A stretch of DNA of 64,000 nt from Gemmatimonadota bacterium (lineage in GTDB: Bacteria > Gemmatimonadota > Gemmatimonadetes > Gemmatimonadales > GWC2-71-9). The notes under the pieces were generated by a model. It saw only the letters and a program-made list of their open reading frames with translations, had not been told where the DNA came from and made no database searches. The stretch covers positions 38,116 through 102,115 of the forward strand of contig QHTZ01000067.1 in the NCBI GenBank assembly GCA_003221005.1, in the 5' to 3' direction. Numbering within the stretch: position 1 is the first letter of the stretch; each line of letters begins with the position of its first letter. The translations under genes were made by a program, and so were the position numbers. Shown in pieces: positions 1-8,677 of the stretch.

Positions 1-968
1 CCGTAACGGGCGAAGCGGAGCGTGGCGCTGCCGCGCGAGCCATGCACGCCGAGCGCGGCCTCGCCGTTCACGGCTGCGAACCCCGTGTTGTCGAGCGCGC
101 CCGCGGGGGTGTGCAGGTCTCCGGCGCGCCGGCCGATCGCGAACACGCGCCCGCTCCAGTCGCCGCGCGCGGCGTCCAGCCGCACCGCCGTGCCGAGCTC
201 CGTGTTGTTCGTCGCCCCGTAGACCTCGACATCGGCGCGCCGCAGGCTCGATCCAGGGGGCGCGTCGGGGAGCGCGTGCGGAATCACATTCACCACGCCG
301 CCGATCGCGTCCGATCCGTAGAGCAGGCTCGCCGGCCCCCGGATCACCTCGACGCGCTCGGCCAAGCGGGCGTCCGCCGAAGGGCCGTCCTCGTCGCTCC
401 AGGAGTAGTCCTCGAGGCGGTGCCCGTCGTCGAGCACGAGGACGCGCGCGCCGCTCAAGCCCCGGACGACAGGCTTGCCGATCTGCGGCCCCGAGCTGAA
501 CGACCGCACGCCCGGCAGCTCCTCGAGCGCGCGGGCGAGCGAGACGGTCGATCCACGCCGCAGGGGCTCGTCGCCCAGGACGTCTGCCGGGAGGGGCGAG
601 GCGCGGCGATCGAGCGGGCTGCGTGTGGCCGTGACGGTGATCGGATCGACGAGCGTCGGCGCGGGGTGGAGCGCGACTTCGAGCGGCGCGCCCACGGGCA
701 CCACGACGGACGCGGACGCTGCCCCGTATCCCAGCCGCCGGACGGTCACCGTGTAGCGGCCGGGCGGCACGCTCGCGAAGACGAAGCGACCGTCCGCTCC
801 GCTCGCGGTCGCACGCGCTAGCTCCACGAGCGCCACCTGGGCCCCGGCTACCGGCCCCCCGCGGGGGTCACTGACGCGCCCGCTCAGCGTATCCGGCGGC
901 GCGGCGCGGCCCGGCGTCGCAGCGAGCAGGCAGAACAGCAGCGTGCGGAGCAGCGACGCGGCGCGCAT
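1..968 (-). CDS. TonB-dependent receptor, N-terminal part (signal peptide, CarboxypepD_reg-like domain, plug); continues beyond the window
   Basis: My own minus-strand translation from the ATG at 966-968 gives MRAASLLRTLLFCLLAATPG... It continues with LSGRVSDPRGGPVAGAQV...GRFVFASVPPGRYTV, then plug-like ITVTATR...LEELPGV...VIRGPASLLYGSDAIGGVVNV. It is absent from the ORF track because it has no stop inside the window. Confidence 0.8.
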   Translation of the reverse strand, partial: MRAASLLRTLLFCLLAATPGRAAPPDTLSGRVSDPRGGPVAGAQVALVELARATASGADGRFVFASVPPGRYTVTVRRLGYGAASASVVVPVGAPLEVALHPAPTLVDPITVTATRSPLDRRASPLPADVLGDEPLRRGSTVSLARALEELPGVRSFSSGPQIGKPVVRGLSGARVLVLDDGHRLEDYSWSDEDGPSADARLAERVEVIRGPASLLYGSDAIGGVVNVIPHALPDAPPGSSLRRADVEVYGATNNTELGTAVRLDAARGDWSGRVFAIGRRAGDLHTPAGALDNTGFAAVNGEAALGVHGSRGSATLRFARY

Positions 969-2199
969 GTTAAGGACCATGGCCACGGGCTCCGCTCCGC
1001 GGGACGACCACCGCGCCGCCGTCTTCGCGGGCTTCCTCGGCTGGACGCTCGACGCGTTCGATTTCTTCCTCGTCGTCATGACCCTGACGGCGATCGCCCA
1101 GGAGTTCCATCAGTCCGACGCCGCCATCGCGTTCTCCATCACGCTGACTCTCGCGTTCCGCCCCGTGGGCGCGTTCGTGTTCGGCCTGCTCGCCGATCGT
1201 TACGGCCGCCGCCTGCCCCTCATGCTCGACTTGGTATTCTACTCGACCGTAGAGGTGCTGTCCGGCCTGGCTCCAAACTACACGACGTTCCTCGTGCTGC
1301 GGGCGCTGTTCGGCATCGGGATGGGCGGAGAATGGGGCGTCGGCGCCTCACTCGTCATGGAGAAGGTCCCGCCGCGGCTGCGCGGGGCCTTCTCCGGGCT
1401 GCTGCAGCAGGGCTACGCCGCCGGCTATCTCCTTGCCGCCCTCTGCTACTACGCGGTGTTTCCCCACTGGGGCTGGCGCCCCCTGTTCTTCCTCGGCGGA
1501 CTGCCTGCGTTGCTCGCGCTGTACGTGCGCGCCAGAGTGAAGGAGTCGGAGGTCTGGGCGCGCACACGGCACGAGAACTGGGGCCAGCTCGGCCGCGCGA
1601 TCGCGTCGCACTGGAGGCTGTTCCTGTACCTCACGCTGTTTATGGCGATGATGAACTTCGTCTCCCATGGCACCCAGGACCTCTACCCGACATTCCTGCA
1701 GCGCGACTGGGGCTTCACTCCCGCGCAGCGCGCCGCGCTCACGGCCCTGTCCATGGTCGGCGCCCTGACGGGGGGCGTGATCTGCGGGCTCTGGTCCGAC
1801 CGCATCGGTCGCCGGCGCACGATCGTGGCCGCCCTCGTCTGCGCCGTGCTACTGATCCCGCTGTGGGCGTTCGCGCCGTCGGTGCCGCTGCTCGTGTGCG
1901 GGGCGTTCGCGATGCAGTTCATGGTGCAGGGCGCGTGGGGCGTGATCCCGGCGCACATCACCGAGCTCGCACCGGACGGCGTGCGGGGCTTCCTCCCTGG
2001 GTTCGCCTATCAGTGCGGTGTGCTCATCGCCGGCTCGGTCGCGACGATCGAAGCACTGCTGGCCGCTCGAGTCACCTACGCGTGGGCCATGGCGGTGACC
2101 GCGGTGACGGTCTTCACGCTCTGCGCCATCGTGGCCGCCCTTGGGCGGGAGCGCCGCGGGATCGTGTACGGCGCGTCGCCGGGGCCGGCTACGGGATGA
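967..2199 (+). CDS. MFS transporter
   Basis: ORF 943..2199 is hydrophobic with about 12 TM segments and MFS-like motifs (GLLADRYGRRLPL, GLWSDRIGRR). The start is uncertain: ATG at 967 or 979, since the GTG at 943 would overlap the divergent receptor gene. Confidence 0.8.
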   Translation: MLRTMATGSAPRDDHRAAVFAGFLGWTLDAFDFFLVVMTLTAIAQEFHQSDAAIAFSITLTLAFRPVGAFVFGLLADRYGRRLPLMLDLVFYSTVEVLSGLAPNYTTFLVLRALFGIGMGGEWGVGASLVMEKVPPRLRGAFSGLLQQGYAAGYLLAALCYYAVFPHWGWRPLFFLGGLPALLALYVRARVKESEVWARTRHENWGQLGRAIASHWRLFLYLTLFMAMMNFVSHGTQDLYPTFLQRDWGFTPAQRAALTALSMVGALTGGVICGLWSDRIGRRRTIVAALVCAVLLIPLWAFAPSVPLLVCGAFAMQFMVQGAWGVIPAHITELAPDGVRGFLPGFAYQCGVLIAGSVATIEALLAARVTYAWAMAVTAVTVFTLCAIVAALGRERRGIVYGASPGPATG

Positions 2200-3157
2200 G
2201 GAGCAGCTTGCCCGTGGTGCGGCGCGCTTCCAGCTGGCGGTGCACTTCGCCGGCCTGCGCGAGCGCAAACTCACCGCCGATTCGCAGCTTGAGCCGCCCG
2301 GCGCGCACCCACGTCATCACCTCGCCTGCCCGCGCAAGCAGCTCGGCTCGCGTCACGACGTAGTGGTGGAGCGTTGGCCGGGTGGCGAAGAGCGAGCCCT
2401 TCTGACTGAGGACCTGGAGATCGAGCGGCGCGACCGGACCGCTCGACTGGCCGTACAACACCATCATCCCGCGCCGGACGAGACAGTTGAGCCCTTTGGC
2501 GAACGTCGTCTGTCCCACCGAGTCGTAGACGACCTGCACGCCCGCGCCCCCGGTGAGGCGCTTCACTTCCTCCTCGAAGTCGCGCTCGGTGTAGAGTATG
2601 ACCTCGTCCGCCCCGGCCTCACGCGCGAGCTCCGCCTTTGCGGCCGTCGACACCGTCCCGATCACGCGGGCGCCGCGGAGCTTGGCGATCTGGCACAGCA
2701 GCAACCCGACGCCTCCCGCCGCCGCGTGGACAAGGCACGTGTCACCCGGCTGCAAGGGATAGGTGTTGGTGGCGAGGTAATGCGCGGTCATCCCCTGGAG
2801 CATCAGCGCAGCCGCCTGCCGCGCGCTGACGTCCTCGGGGAGCGGAACCAGACGGTCGGCCGGGACCACCGCGAGCTCGGCGTAAGCCCCGAGCACGCCG
2901 GTGTAGGCGACGCAATCGCCGAGCTTCACGTCGCCGGCGCCGGATCCCACCTGCGTCACGGTTCCGGCCGCTTCCTGCCCGGCGGTGAACGGCAACGGTA
3001 CCGGGTACAGCCCGCGGCGCTGATAGACGTCGACGAAGTTCACTCCCGCGGCGGCGATCTTCACGACCACTTGCCGGGCCCCAGGCTCGGGCGCTGGCAC
3101 GTCCTCGTACTGCAGCACCTCGGGACCGCCGGTGGTGTGAACGCGCACCGCCTTCAT
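2189..3157 (-). CDS. qor: NADPH:quinone oxidoreductase (zinc-type alcohol dehydrogenase superfamily)
   Basis: The C-terminal 322 aa of ORF 2189..3748 start at MKAVRVHTTGGPEVLQYEDVPAPEPG... and include AAAGGVGLLLCQIAK. The ATG at 3155-3157 overlaps the upstream stop (ATGA). Confidence 0.85.
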   Translation of the reverse strand: MKAVRVHTTGGPEVLQYEDVPAPEPGARQVVVKIAAAGVNFVDVYQRRGLYPVPLPFTAGQEAAGTVTQVGSGAGDVKLGDCVAYTGVLGAYAELAVVPADRLVPLPEDVSARQAAALMLQGMTAHYLATNTYPLQPGDTCLVHAAAGGVGLLLCQIAKLRGARVIGTVSTAAKAELAREAGADEVILYTERDFEEEVKRLTGGAGVQVVYDSVGQTTFAKGLNCLVRRGMMVLYGQSSGPVAPLDLQVLSQKGSLFATRPTLHHYVVTRAELLARAGEVMTWVRAGRLKLRIGGEFALAQAGEVHRQLEARRTTGKLLLIP

Positions 3158-4746
3158 CGCCGGCCGCCACCACCCCCGCCCGCGTCCGCCGCGGGCACGA
3201 AGCGCAGATCCTGATAGTCGAAGCTGAAGTCGGCGAGCGGGGACACGGCCGCCATCCGGAACTGCACGATGGAGCCGTCCGGGTTCAGGTCGAACGTGAC
3301 GAACGCGTCCGCGAGGTTGGGCGTGCGCCACCCGGTCCGGAACGTATCGTACTGCCAGTGCGCCAGGTCCCCGACGAACGCGGGCGAGCGGCTGAAACGG
3401 AGGACGAGCGTGCCCTGCTCGAGGGTGATCGTGGCGTCGCCGTACAGCGCGTCGGTGTAGCGCCCGGCATAGCGCGCCAGCGGGAGCGAGGGGCCCGCGG
3501 TCGAGTCCCGCGTGCGCCGTGCGACACGCAGCGCGGAGTCGACCTGGGACCGCGTCTGCTGCGACGCGTCGTCGAATGCCTTGATCCAATCGGTGGCGGG
3601 AGCGCCGAAGAAGTGGTCGAGCAGCTCGTACGTCAGCGCGTCGTGCGCGTCGTCGTTCTCGCCGTTCGTCAGGATGACGATTCCCAGCCGCTGATCGGGA
3701 ACGAGCGTGGTGCGGGACGCCATGCCCGCGAGGGCGCCCGTGTGCCACACGATCTTGTGACCGCGGTAGTCGCGCAGCCGCCAGCCGAGGCCGTAAGCCG
3801 CGAAGTTGGGGCGCAGGGCCGCGAGCGGCGGGTCAGGGTCGGCGATCGGGAGGATCGTCTGCGCGGACCACATCTCGCGCGTGCGGCGCGCGGTCCACAG
3901 CCGTGCGACACCGGCGCGCCCCGAGTCGAGCTGCACCAGGAGCCATCGGGACAGGTCCGTGACGCTCGAGATGAGTGCGGCCGCGGGCGCGATGTTGTCG
4001 ACCGTGTCGAGCGGCACGATCTGGAGCCGGCCGTCGAGCACCGCGTGCGGCGCGGCGAAGGGATCGCCCGGCCGCAGGTCGGCGACGCCGACGCGAGTCT
4101 CGGTCATGCCGAGCGGCGTGAGAATCCGGTCGCGCACGAACGTTTCCCACGTCTTGCCCGTGACGGCGGGCACGATCTCCCCCGCCGCGGCGTAGAGCAC
4201 GTTGTCGTACGCGTATTGGCTCCGGAAGCTCGAGACCGGGGGGGCCGCGCGCAGGCGACGGATGATCTCCGCGCGCCCGTAGGTCGAGTGGAGCCACAGC
4301 AGGTCGCCCGCCCCGAGACCGAGGCCGCTCCGGTGGGTCACCAGGTCCTCAATCGTGAACTCCCGCGTGACCCAGGGATCAGCGAGCTGGAAGTCCGGCA
4401 GGTACTTGGTCACCCGGTCGACCCAGGCGAGCTTCCCCGAGTCCGCCAGCAGCGCGAGGCACGCCGTGGCGAACGCCTTGGTGTTGGAGGCGATCTGGAA
4501 GAGGGTGTGCGCGTCCACCGGCGTCGGGTCGCCGAGCCGGCGAACGCCGTAGCCCTTCGCGAGCACCACGCGCCCGTCCTTCACGATCGCGATCGCCGCC
4601 CCCGGCACCTGGAACTCCCGCAGGGCCCGCGCCACGTCGGCGTCGAAGCGCCGGGGGAGTCGCGCCTGCGCCGCGGCGGGCGACGTGAGCAGCGGCGATC
4701 CGGCGAGAAGTAGAGTGAGGGTTGCCGAGGGCAGCCGATTTCCCAT
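3154..4746 (-). CDS. Secreted serine hydrolase (beta-lactamase / PBP family)
   Basis: Signal peptide MGNRLPSATLTLLLAGSPLLTSPAAAQA. SxxK motif in FQIASNTKAF. The 530-aa length fits a class-C-like beta-lactamase fold with a C-terminal extension. Confidence 0.85.
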   Translation of the reverse strand: MGNRLPSATLTLLLAGSPLLTSPAAAQARLPRRFDADVARALREFQVPGAAIAIVKDGRVVLAKGYGVRRLGDPTPVDAHTLFQIASNTKAFATACLALLADSGKLAWVDRVTKYLPDFQLADPWVTREFTIEDLVTHRSGLGLGAGDLLWLHSTYGRAEIIRRLRAAPPVSSFRSQYAYDNVLYAAAGEIVPAVTGKTWETFVRDRILTPLGMTETRVGVADLRPGDPFAAPHAVLDGRLQIVPLDTVDNIAPAAALISSVTDLSRWLLVQLDSGRAGVARLWTARRTREMWSAQTILPIADPDPPLAALRPNFAAYGLGWRLRDYRGHKIVWHTGALAGMASRTTLVPDQRLGIVILTNGENDDAHDALTYELLDHFFGAPATDWIKAFDDASQQTRSQVDSALRVARRTRDSTAGPSLPLARYAGRYTDALYGDATITLEQGTLVLRFSRSPAFVGDLAHWQYDTFRTGWRTPNLADAFVTFDLNPDGSIVQFRMAAVSPLADFSFDYQDLRFVPAADAGGGGGGRR

Positions 4747-4838
4747 AGCGGTGCGCGAAGCTTAACCGGACGCCCGCGGTCGCGGGTAGCCCCGCGACGC
4801 CGGGCGGCACCCGACGAGGCGCGCTATCTTGGAGCACG

Positions 4839-5792
4839 GTGACGCGGCGCGCGGGTGCCGGGTCCGTGGATAGTAAGGATTGTGAGGAGGGTCTCGTGTG
4901 GCTGCTGGCGACCGTACTGCTCGCCGACTCTGCGCATAGCATCCAAATTCCGCTCGCACCCGCTGAGACACTCCACGTCGAGACCAGCGGCGCGGGAGAG
5001 CCGGTCGTCCTCATCCCCGGCCTGTTCGGGTCGGCGTTCGGGTTCCGCGAGCTCGTCCCGCTGCTCACCGCCCGTGGCTACCGCACCATCGTCATCGAGC
5101 CCCTGGGGATCGGCGCGTCCGCCCGGCCCCCGCGCGCCGATTACTCCCTCACCGCGCAGGCCGATCGAATCGCGGCGGCCCTCGACACGCTGGGTGTGCG
5201 CCACGCCCTCGTGGTGGCCCACTCGGTCGGCGGCTCGGAAGCGTTCCGTCTCGCTTATCGCCGCCCCGACCTCGTGGAAGCGCTCGTCTCGATCGAGGGC
5301 GGACCCGCGGAGACCGCGGCCACGCCGGCGTTCAAGCGAGCGATGCGGTTCGCGCCGTGGATCAAGATCCTCGGCGGCGTGAAGCTCATCCGCTGGAAGA
5401 TCCGCAACATGCTGATCGCATCGTCGGGGGACGCGGGCTGGGTGACGGATTCGGTGGTCCGCGGCTACACGGCCGCAGCCGCCCGAGACCTGGACGGCAC
5501 CCTCAAGGCCTTTCTCGCCATCGCCGTTACGCGGGAACGCATCCGCCTCGAGCCGCACCTCGGCGAAATCCGCTGCCCGGTGCGTCTGCTGATCGGTGGG
5601 AGCCAGCACGAGGGCGACGTGGGTCGCGACGAGGTCGCGCTGTTGCGGCGCGCCCTGCCCCGCTTCGCGGTGGACTCGGTCCCCGGAGCCGGCCACTTCC
5701 TCTACGAGGAGCAGCCCATTGCCGTCGTGGCGGCGGTACAGCGTGCCGCGGCGGCGCTCGCCGCCCGCGCGCCGGACGTCGCCGACCCGTGA
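4839..5792 (+). CDS. Alpha/beta-fold hydrolase
   Basis: VVLIPGLFGSAFGF... and the nucleophile elbow VVAHSVGGSEAF. Its stop overlaps the next gene's GTG (GTGA at 5789-5792). The exact start is uncertain. Confidence 0.75.
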   Translation: MTRRAGAGSVDSKDCEEGLVWLLATVLLADSAHSIQIPLAPAETLHVETSGAGEPVVLIPGLFGSAFGFRELVPLLTARGYRTIVIEPLGIGASARPPRADYSLTAQADRIAAALDTLGVRHALVVAHSVGGSEAFRLAYRRPDLVEALVSIEGGPAETAATPAFKRAMRFAPWIKILGGVKLIRWKIRNMLIASSGDAGWVTDSVVRGYTAAAARDLDGTLKAFLAIAVTRERIRLEPHLGEIRCPVRLLIGGSQHEGDVGRDEVALLRRALPRFAVDSVPGAGHFLYEEQPIAVVAAVQRAAAALAARAPDVADP

Positions 5793-6916
5793 CGGCAGCT
5801 CGCGCAAGCCTGCGCATCGCCCTCGTCGCCGAGGACTACTACCCCCAACTGGGGGGCGTCCCGGAGCACGTGCATCATCTGGCCCTCGAGCTCAACCGCC
5901 GTGGCCACGCCGCCACCATCGTCACTTCGCGGATGCGCGGGCCGCAGCGCGATGCCTCGTTCGTGCGCCGCGTGGGCACGAGCGTCGTGCTCTACGCCAA
6001 CGGCGGCGTGTCGCGGATCACCGTCGGGTGGCGGCTCACGCGCCGGCTGACGGAGCTGTTCCAGGCGGGCCGGTTCGACGTCGTTCACATCCACGGCGGG
6101 CTCGCCCCGACCTTTGGCCTCCTCGCGCCGCTGGCCGCCTGGCGTGCCGGGATTCCGGTGGTCGCGACGTTCCATTCCTGGTTTCCGCGCTCCGCCGGCT
6201 ACCGTGTTCTCAAGCGGCCGCTGCAGCGGATGCTCGACCGTCACGCGGCGCTGATCGCCGTGAGCGAGCCCGTGGTCGCCGCGATGTCGCGTTACTTCCG
6301 CGGCGCCTGGGAGATCGTGCCGAACGGCGTGGACGTGGGATACTTCCAGCCCAACGGACGCCGGCCCGGCGATGCCCTCACGCGCGGTCCCCGGCTGCTG
6401 TTCCTGGCGAGACTCGAGCCGAGGAACGGGCTTTCAACCGTGCTCGACGCGATGCCGCGGATCCTCGAGCGCTTCCCGGCGGCCGAGCTGACCGTGGCCG
6501 GCGATGGACCGTGGCGCGGCTATTACGAGCGCCGCGCGCGCTCCCTCGGACCCCGCGTGCGCTTCCTCGGCCGGGTGTTCGGGGACCGCCCGCTGCACTA
6601 CGGCACCGCAGACCTCTATCTCTGTCCAACCACGCGGGCGTCGTTCGGCGTCACCCTGCTCGAGGCGATGGCCTGCGGCACACCGCTCGTCGTATCGGAC
6701 AACGTGGGCTTCCGCGCGGTGCTCGGCGACGGCACCGAGGCCGCCATCGTCCCGAACGACGACCCAGCCGTGTGGGCCGACACAACCATCGCCCTGATCG
6801 AGGATCCGGGGCGACGCGACGCGATGAGCCGGGCCGGACTCGCGAAGGCCGCACGGTTCGCCTGGCCACGGATCGCGGACCAGACGCTCGCCATCTATCA
6901 GCGGATCCTCGCGTGA
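5789..6916 (+). CDS. GT4-family glycosyltransferase (PimA-like)
   Basis: LRIALVAEDYYPQLGGVPEHVHHLALELNRRGH... and a C-terminal E-x7-E-type region (FGVTLLEAMACGTPLVVSD). I trimmed the 519-aa track ORF to the GTG overlapping the upstream stop. Confidence 0.85.
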   Translation: MTAARASLRIALVAEDYYPQLGGVPEHVHHLALELNRRGHAATIVTSRMRGPQRDASFVRRVGTSVVLYANGGVSRITVGWRLTRRLTELFQAGRFDVVHIHGGLAPTFGLLAPLAAWRAGIPVVATFHSWFPRSAGYRVLKRPLQRMLDRHAALIAVSEPVVAAMSRYFRGAWEIVPNGVDVGYFQPNGRRPGDALTRGPRLLFLARLEPRNGLSTVLDAMPRILERFPAAELTVAGDGPWRGYYERRARSLGPRVRFLGRVFGDRPLHYGTADLYLCPTTRASFGVTLLEAMACGTPLVVSDNVGFRAVLGDGTEAAIVPNDDPAVWADTTIALIEDPGRRDAMSRAGLAKAARFAWPRIADQTLAIYQRILA

Positions 6917-7614
6917 TTGCTGCTGCCGTCGCGGGGATCGGGGCGGCCGCCGCCGGCACGCTCGCGCTCGGCGCCTATGCTCCCAACAGCCGCGTGTTTG
7001 GGGACGTGATCGGGCGCGGTCCCCGGAGCTCCCGCACGCTCTACCTGACGTTCGACGACGGCCCGAACCCCACCGCGACGGCGAGCGTCCTGGAGACGCT
7101 CGCGCGAGAGCGCGTCGCCGCTGGGTTCTTCCTGGTCGGGGAGCACGTGCGCCGCTACCCGGAGCTCGCACGGCAGGTCGCCGCTGCCGCTCACGAGGTG
7201 GGAAATCACACGCAGCATCACGTGAAGCTCCATCTGCTCGGGCCGCGGCGCATCCGCCGGGAGCTAGAGGATGCCCACGGGGCGATCAGCGCCGCTGTGG
7301 GACGGTCACCCCGCGCGTTCCGGGCTCCGCACGGCTACCGCAACCCGTTCGTAACGGCGGCGGCGCGCCGCCTTGGCTACCGCGTCGTCGGCTGGACGTT
7401 CGGTGTGTGGGACTCGGACCGCCCGGGGGCGGAGGAGATCCGGCGCCGGGTCCGCGTCAAGGCCAGCCCGGGCGCCATCGTCCTGCTGCACGACGGCGAC
7501 GGCTACGATCCCGCCGGTGACCGCAGCCAGACCGCCGCCGCGCTCCCCGGGGTCATTCGCGACGCACGGGATGCAGGCTACTCATTCCGCCCGCTGGCGG
7601 AGCTGCTCGCGTGA
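6913..7614 (+). CDS. Polysaccharide deacetylase (NodB homology / CE4)
   Basis: LYLTFDDGPNP, HEVGNHTQHH and FRAPHGY are the NodB-domain motifs. The GTG at 6913 overlaps the GT4 stop (GTGA). Confidence 0.85.
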   Translation: MIAAAVAGIGAAAAGTLALGAYAPNSRVFGDVIGRGPRSSRTLYLTFDDGPNPTATASVLETLARERVAAGFFLVGEHVRRYPELARQVAAAAHEVGNHTQHHVKLHLLGPRRIRRELEDAHGAISAAVGRSPRAFRAPHGYRNPFVTAAARRLGYRVVGWTFGVWDSDRPGAEEIRRRVRVKASPGAIVLLHDGDGYDPAGDRSQTAAALPGVIRDARDAGYSFRPLAELLA

Positions 7615-8558
7615 GGCCAGGCGTGGCGCGCTGGGCGTGGGGCGTCGCTACCCTGGCGGGGTTGGTGGCGGTGTCGGTTCTGGTGCTGCGGTTTCCCTGG
7701 CAACACACGTTCCAGGTGCTCGCCGCCGTCAACGTGGGACTGCTCGCCACGGCGCTGCTCATCAACCTGCTCTCCCCCCTCGCCAAGGGCTGGGCGTGGC
7801 ATCTGCTGCTCCAGCCGGTCGCGGCGAACCGCTGGTGGGTCGCCGAGGAGGCGAACCTGATCGGCACGGCGGTGAACAGCATCGCGGCGGGAGTGAGCGG
7901 CGAGGCCGCTCGCATTTCGCTCATCATGCGGCGCGACACGGTGCCGCTGCGGCCGGCCGTGCTGTCGGTCGTGTGGTCACGCGGCGTGGAAGCGCTGGGT
8001 CTCGGGCTGTTCCTCGTGCTCGCCCCCCTCGTGCTCGAGCTCCCGGCGCCACTGCGGGGCCTGCAGATCGGCGCCGGTGCGGCGCTCGTCGCCGCGCTGG
8101 CGCTGACGCGGGTCCGCGGCCTCGGCGACCTGATCGCCAAGCTTCCCGCGAGCCTGCGCGCCGGCGCGGCAGAGCTTGCCGAAATGAGCTGGGGCGGCCG
8201 ACTGATCGCCCCCACGGCGCTCGCCCTCGTGAGCTGGGCCGCCGAATGGGCCACGTTTCACCTCACGCTCCGGGCCGTCCACATTCCCGCGTCCTACGCC
8301 GCCTCGTTCACGGCGCTGATCGCCGTGAACGTGGGCGGTCTCATCCGAGTCACCCCCGCCAACGTTGGCGTCATGCAGGCGGCGCTCGTGGGCGCCCTGG
8401 TGCCGTTCGGCGTCGCCGCCGACCAGGCCGTCGCGGGCGGACTGGCCCTCCAGGCGATCGAGGTCCTTCCCGTGCTCGCCCTCGCCTTCGCCGTTGCGGG
8501 CTGGACGGGGCTCGTGTCCCTGATGACCGCAGCCGCCGGGCCGCGCGAAGCAACCTGA
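7611..8558 (+). CDS. Flippase-like membrane protein (LPG_synthase_TM / UPF0104, MprF N-terminal type)
   Basis: A 315-aa polytopic membrane protein whose start overlaps the deacetylase stop (GTGA). The sequence pattern fits the UPF0104 family (family call made from memory). Confidence 0.65.
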   Translation: MRPGVARWAWGVATLAGLVAVSVLVLRFPWQHTFQVLAAVNVGLLATALLINLLSPLAKGWAWHLLLQPVAANRWWVAEEANLIGTAVNSIAAGVSGEAARISLIMRRDTVPLRPAVLSVVWSRGVEALGLGLFLVLAPLVLELPAPLRGLQIGAGAALVAALALTRVRGLGDLIAKLPASLRAGAAELAEMSWGGRLIAPTALALVSWAAEWATFHLTLRAVHIPASYAASFTALIAVNVGGLIRVTPANVGVMQAALVGALVPFGVAADQAVAGGLALQAIEVLPVLALAFAVAGWTGLVSLMTAAAGPREAT

Positions 8559-8677
8559 GCCGCTCGGACGGCGCGCCACTTCCGGACGCATGTAGTGTAG
8601 ATAGTGGACGGCCTGGACCCTCACTATTTTGAACGGTGCGTTCCCGCACCGCACCCTCCACCTCCTGGGAGTGAGCC

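Noticed and set aside
42-821. A 259-aa plus-strand ORF (and the overlapping 475..756 ORF) at the left edge.
   Set aside because: It is Arg/Ala/Gly-rich with no recognisable motifs. It is the antisense shadow of the clearly recognisable minus-strand TonB-dependent receptor. The same applies to many other long track ORFs (for example 1332..2363, 2141..3214, 3358..4713, 10544..11794, 39738..41114, 50371..52110).
966-969. Head-to-head start codons sharing a CATG palindrome (also at 21290-21293).
   Set aside because: This would leave no promoter space for either divergent gene. It more likely means one member of each pair (the MFS gene and the HprK-like gene) uses a downstream start. It is not a regulatory feature.
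5357-5788. Long N-terminal extensions of track ORFs (5357..6916, 5596..7614, 15267..17009, 23139..24332, 24068..25456, 20262..22406, 58977..60812 and others).
   Set aside because: The extensions overlap the preceding, well-supported gene in another frame and have junk-like composition. In each case a GTG or ATG overlapping the upstream stop (GTGA/ATGA) gives a protein with a normal family N-terminus.
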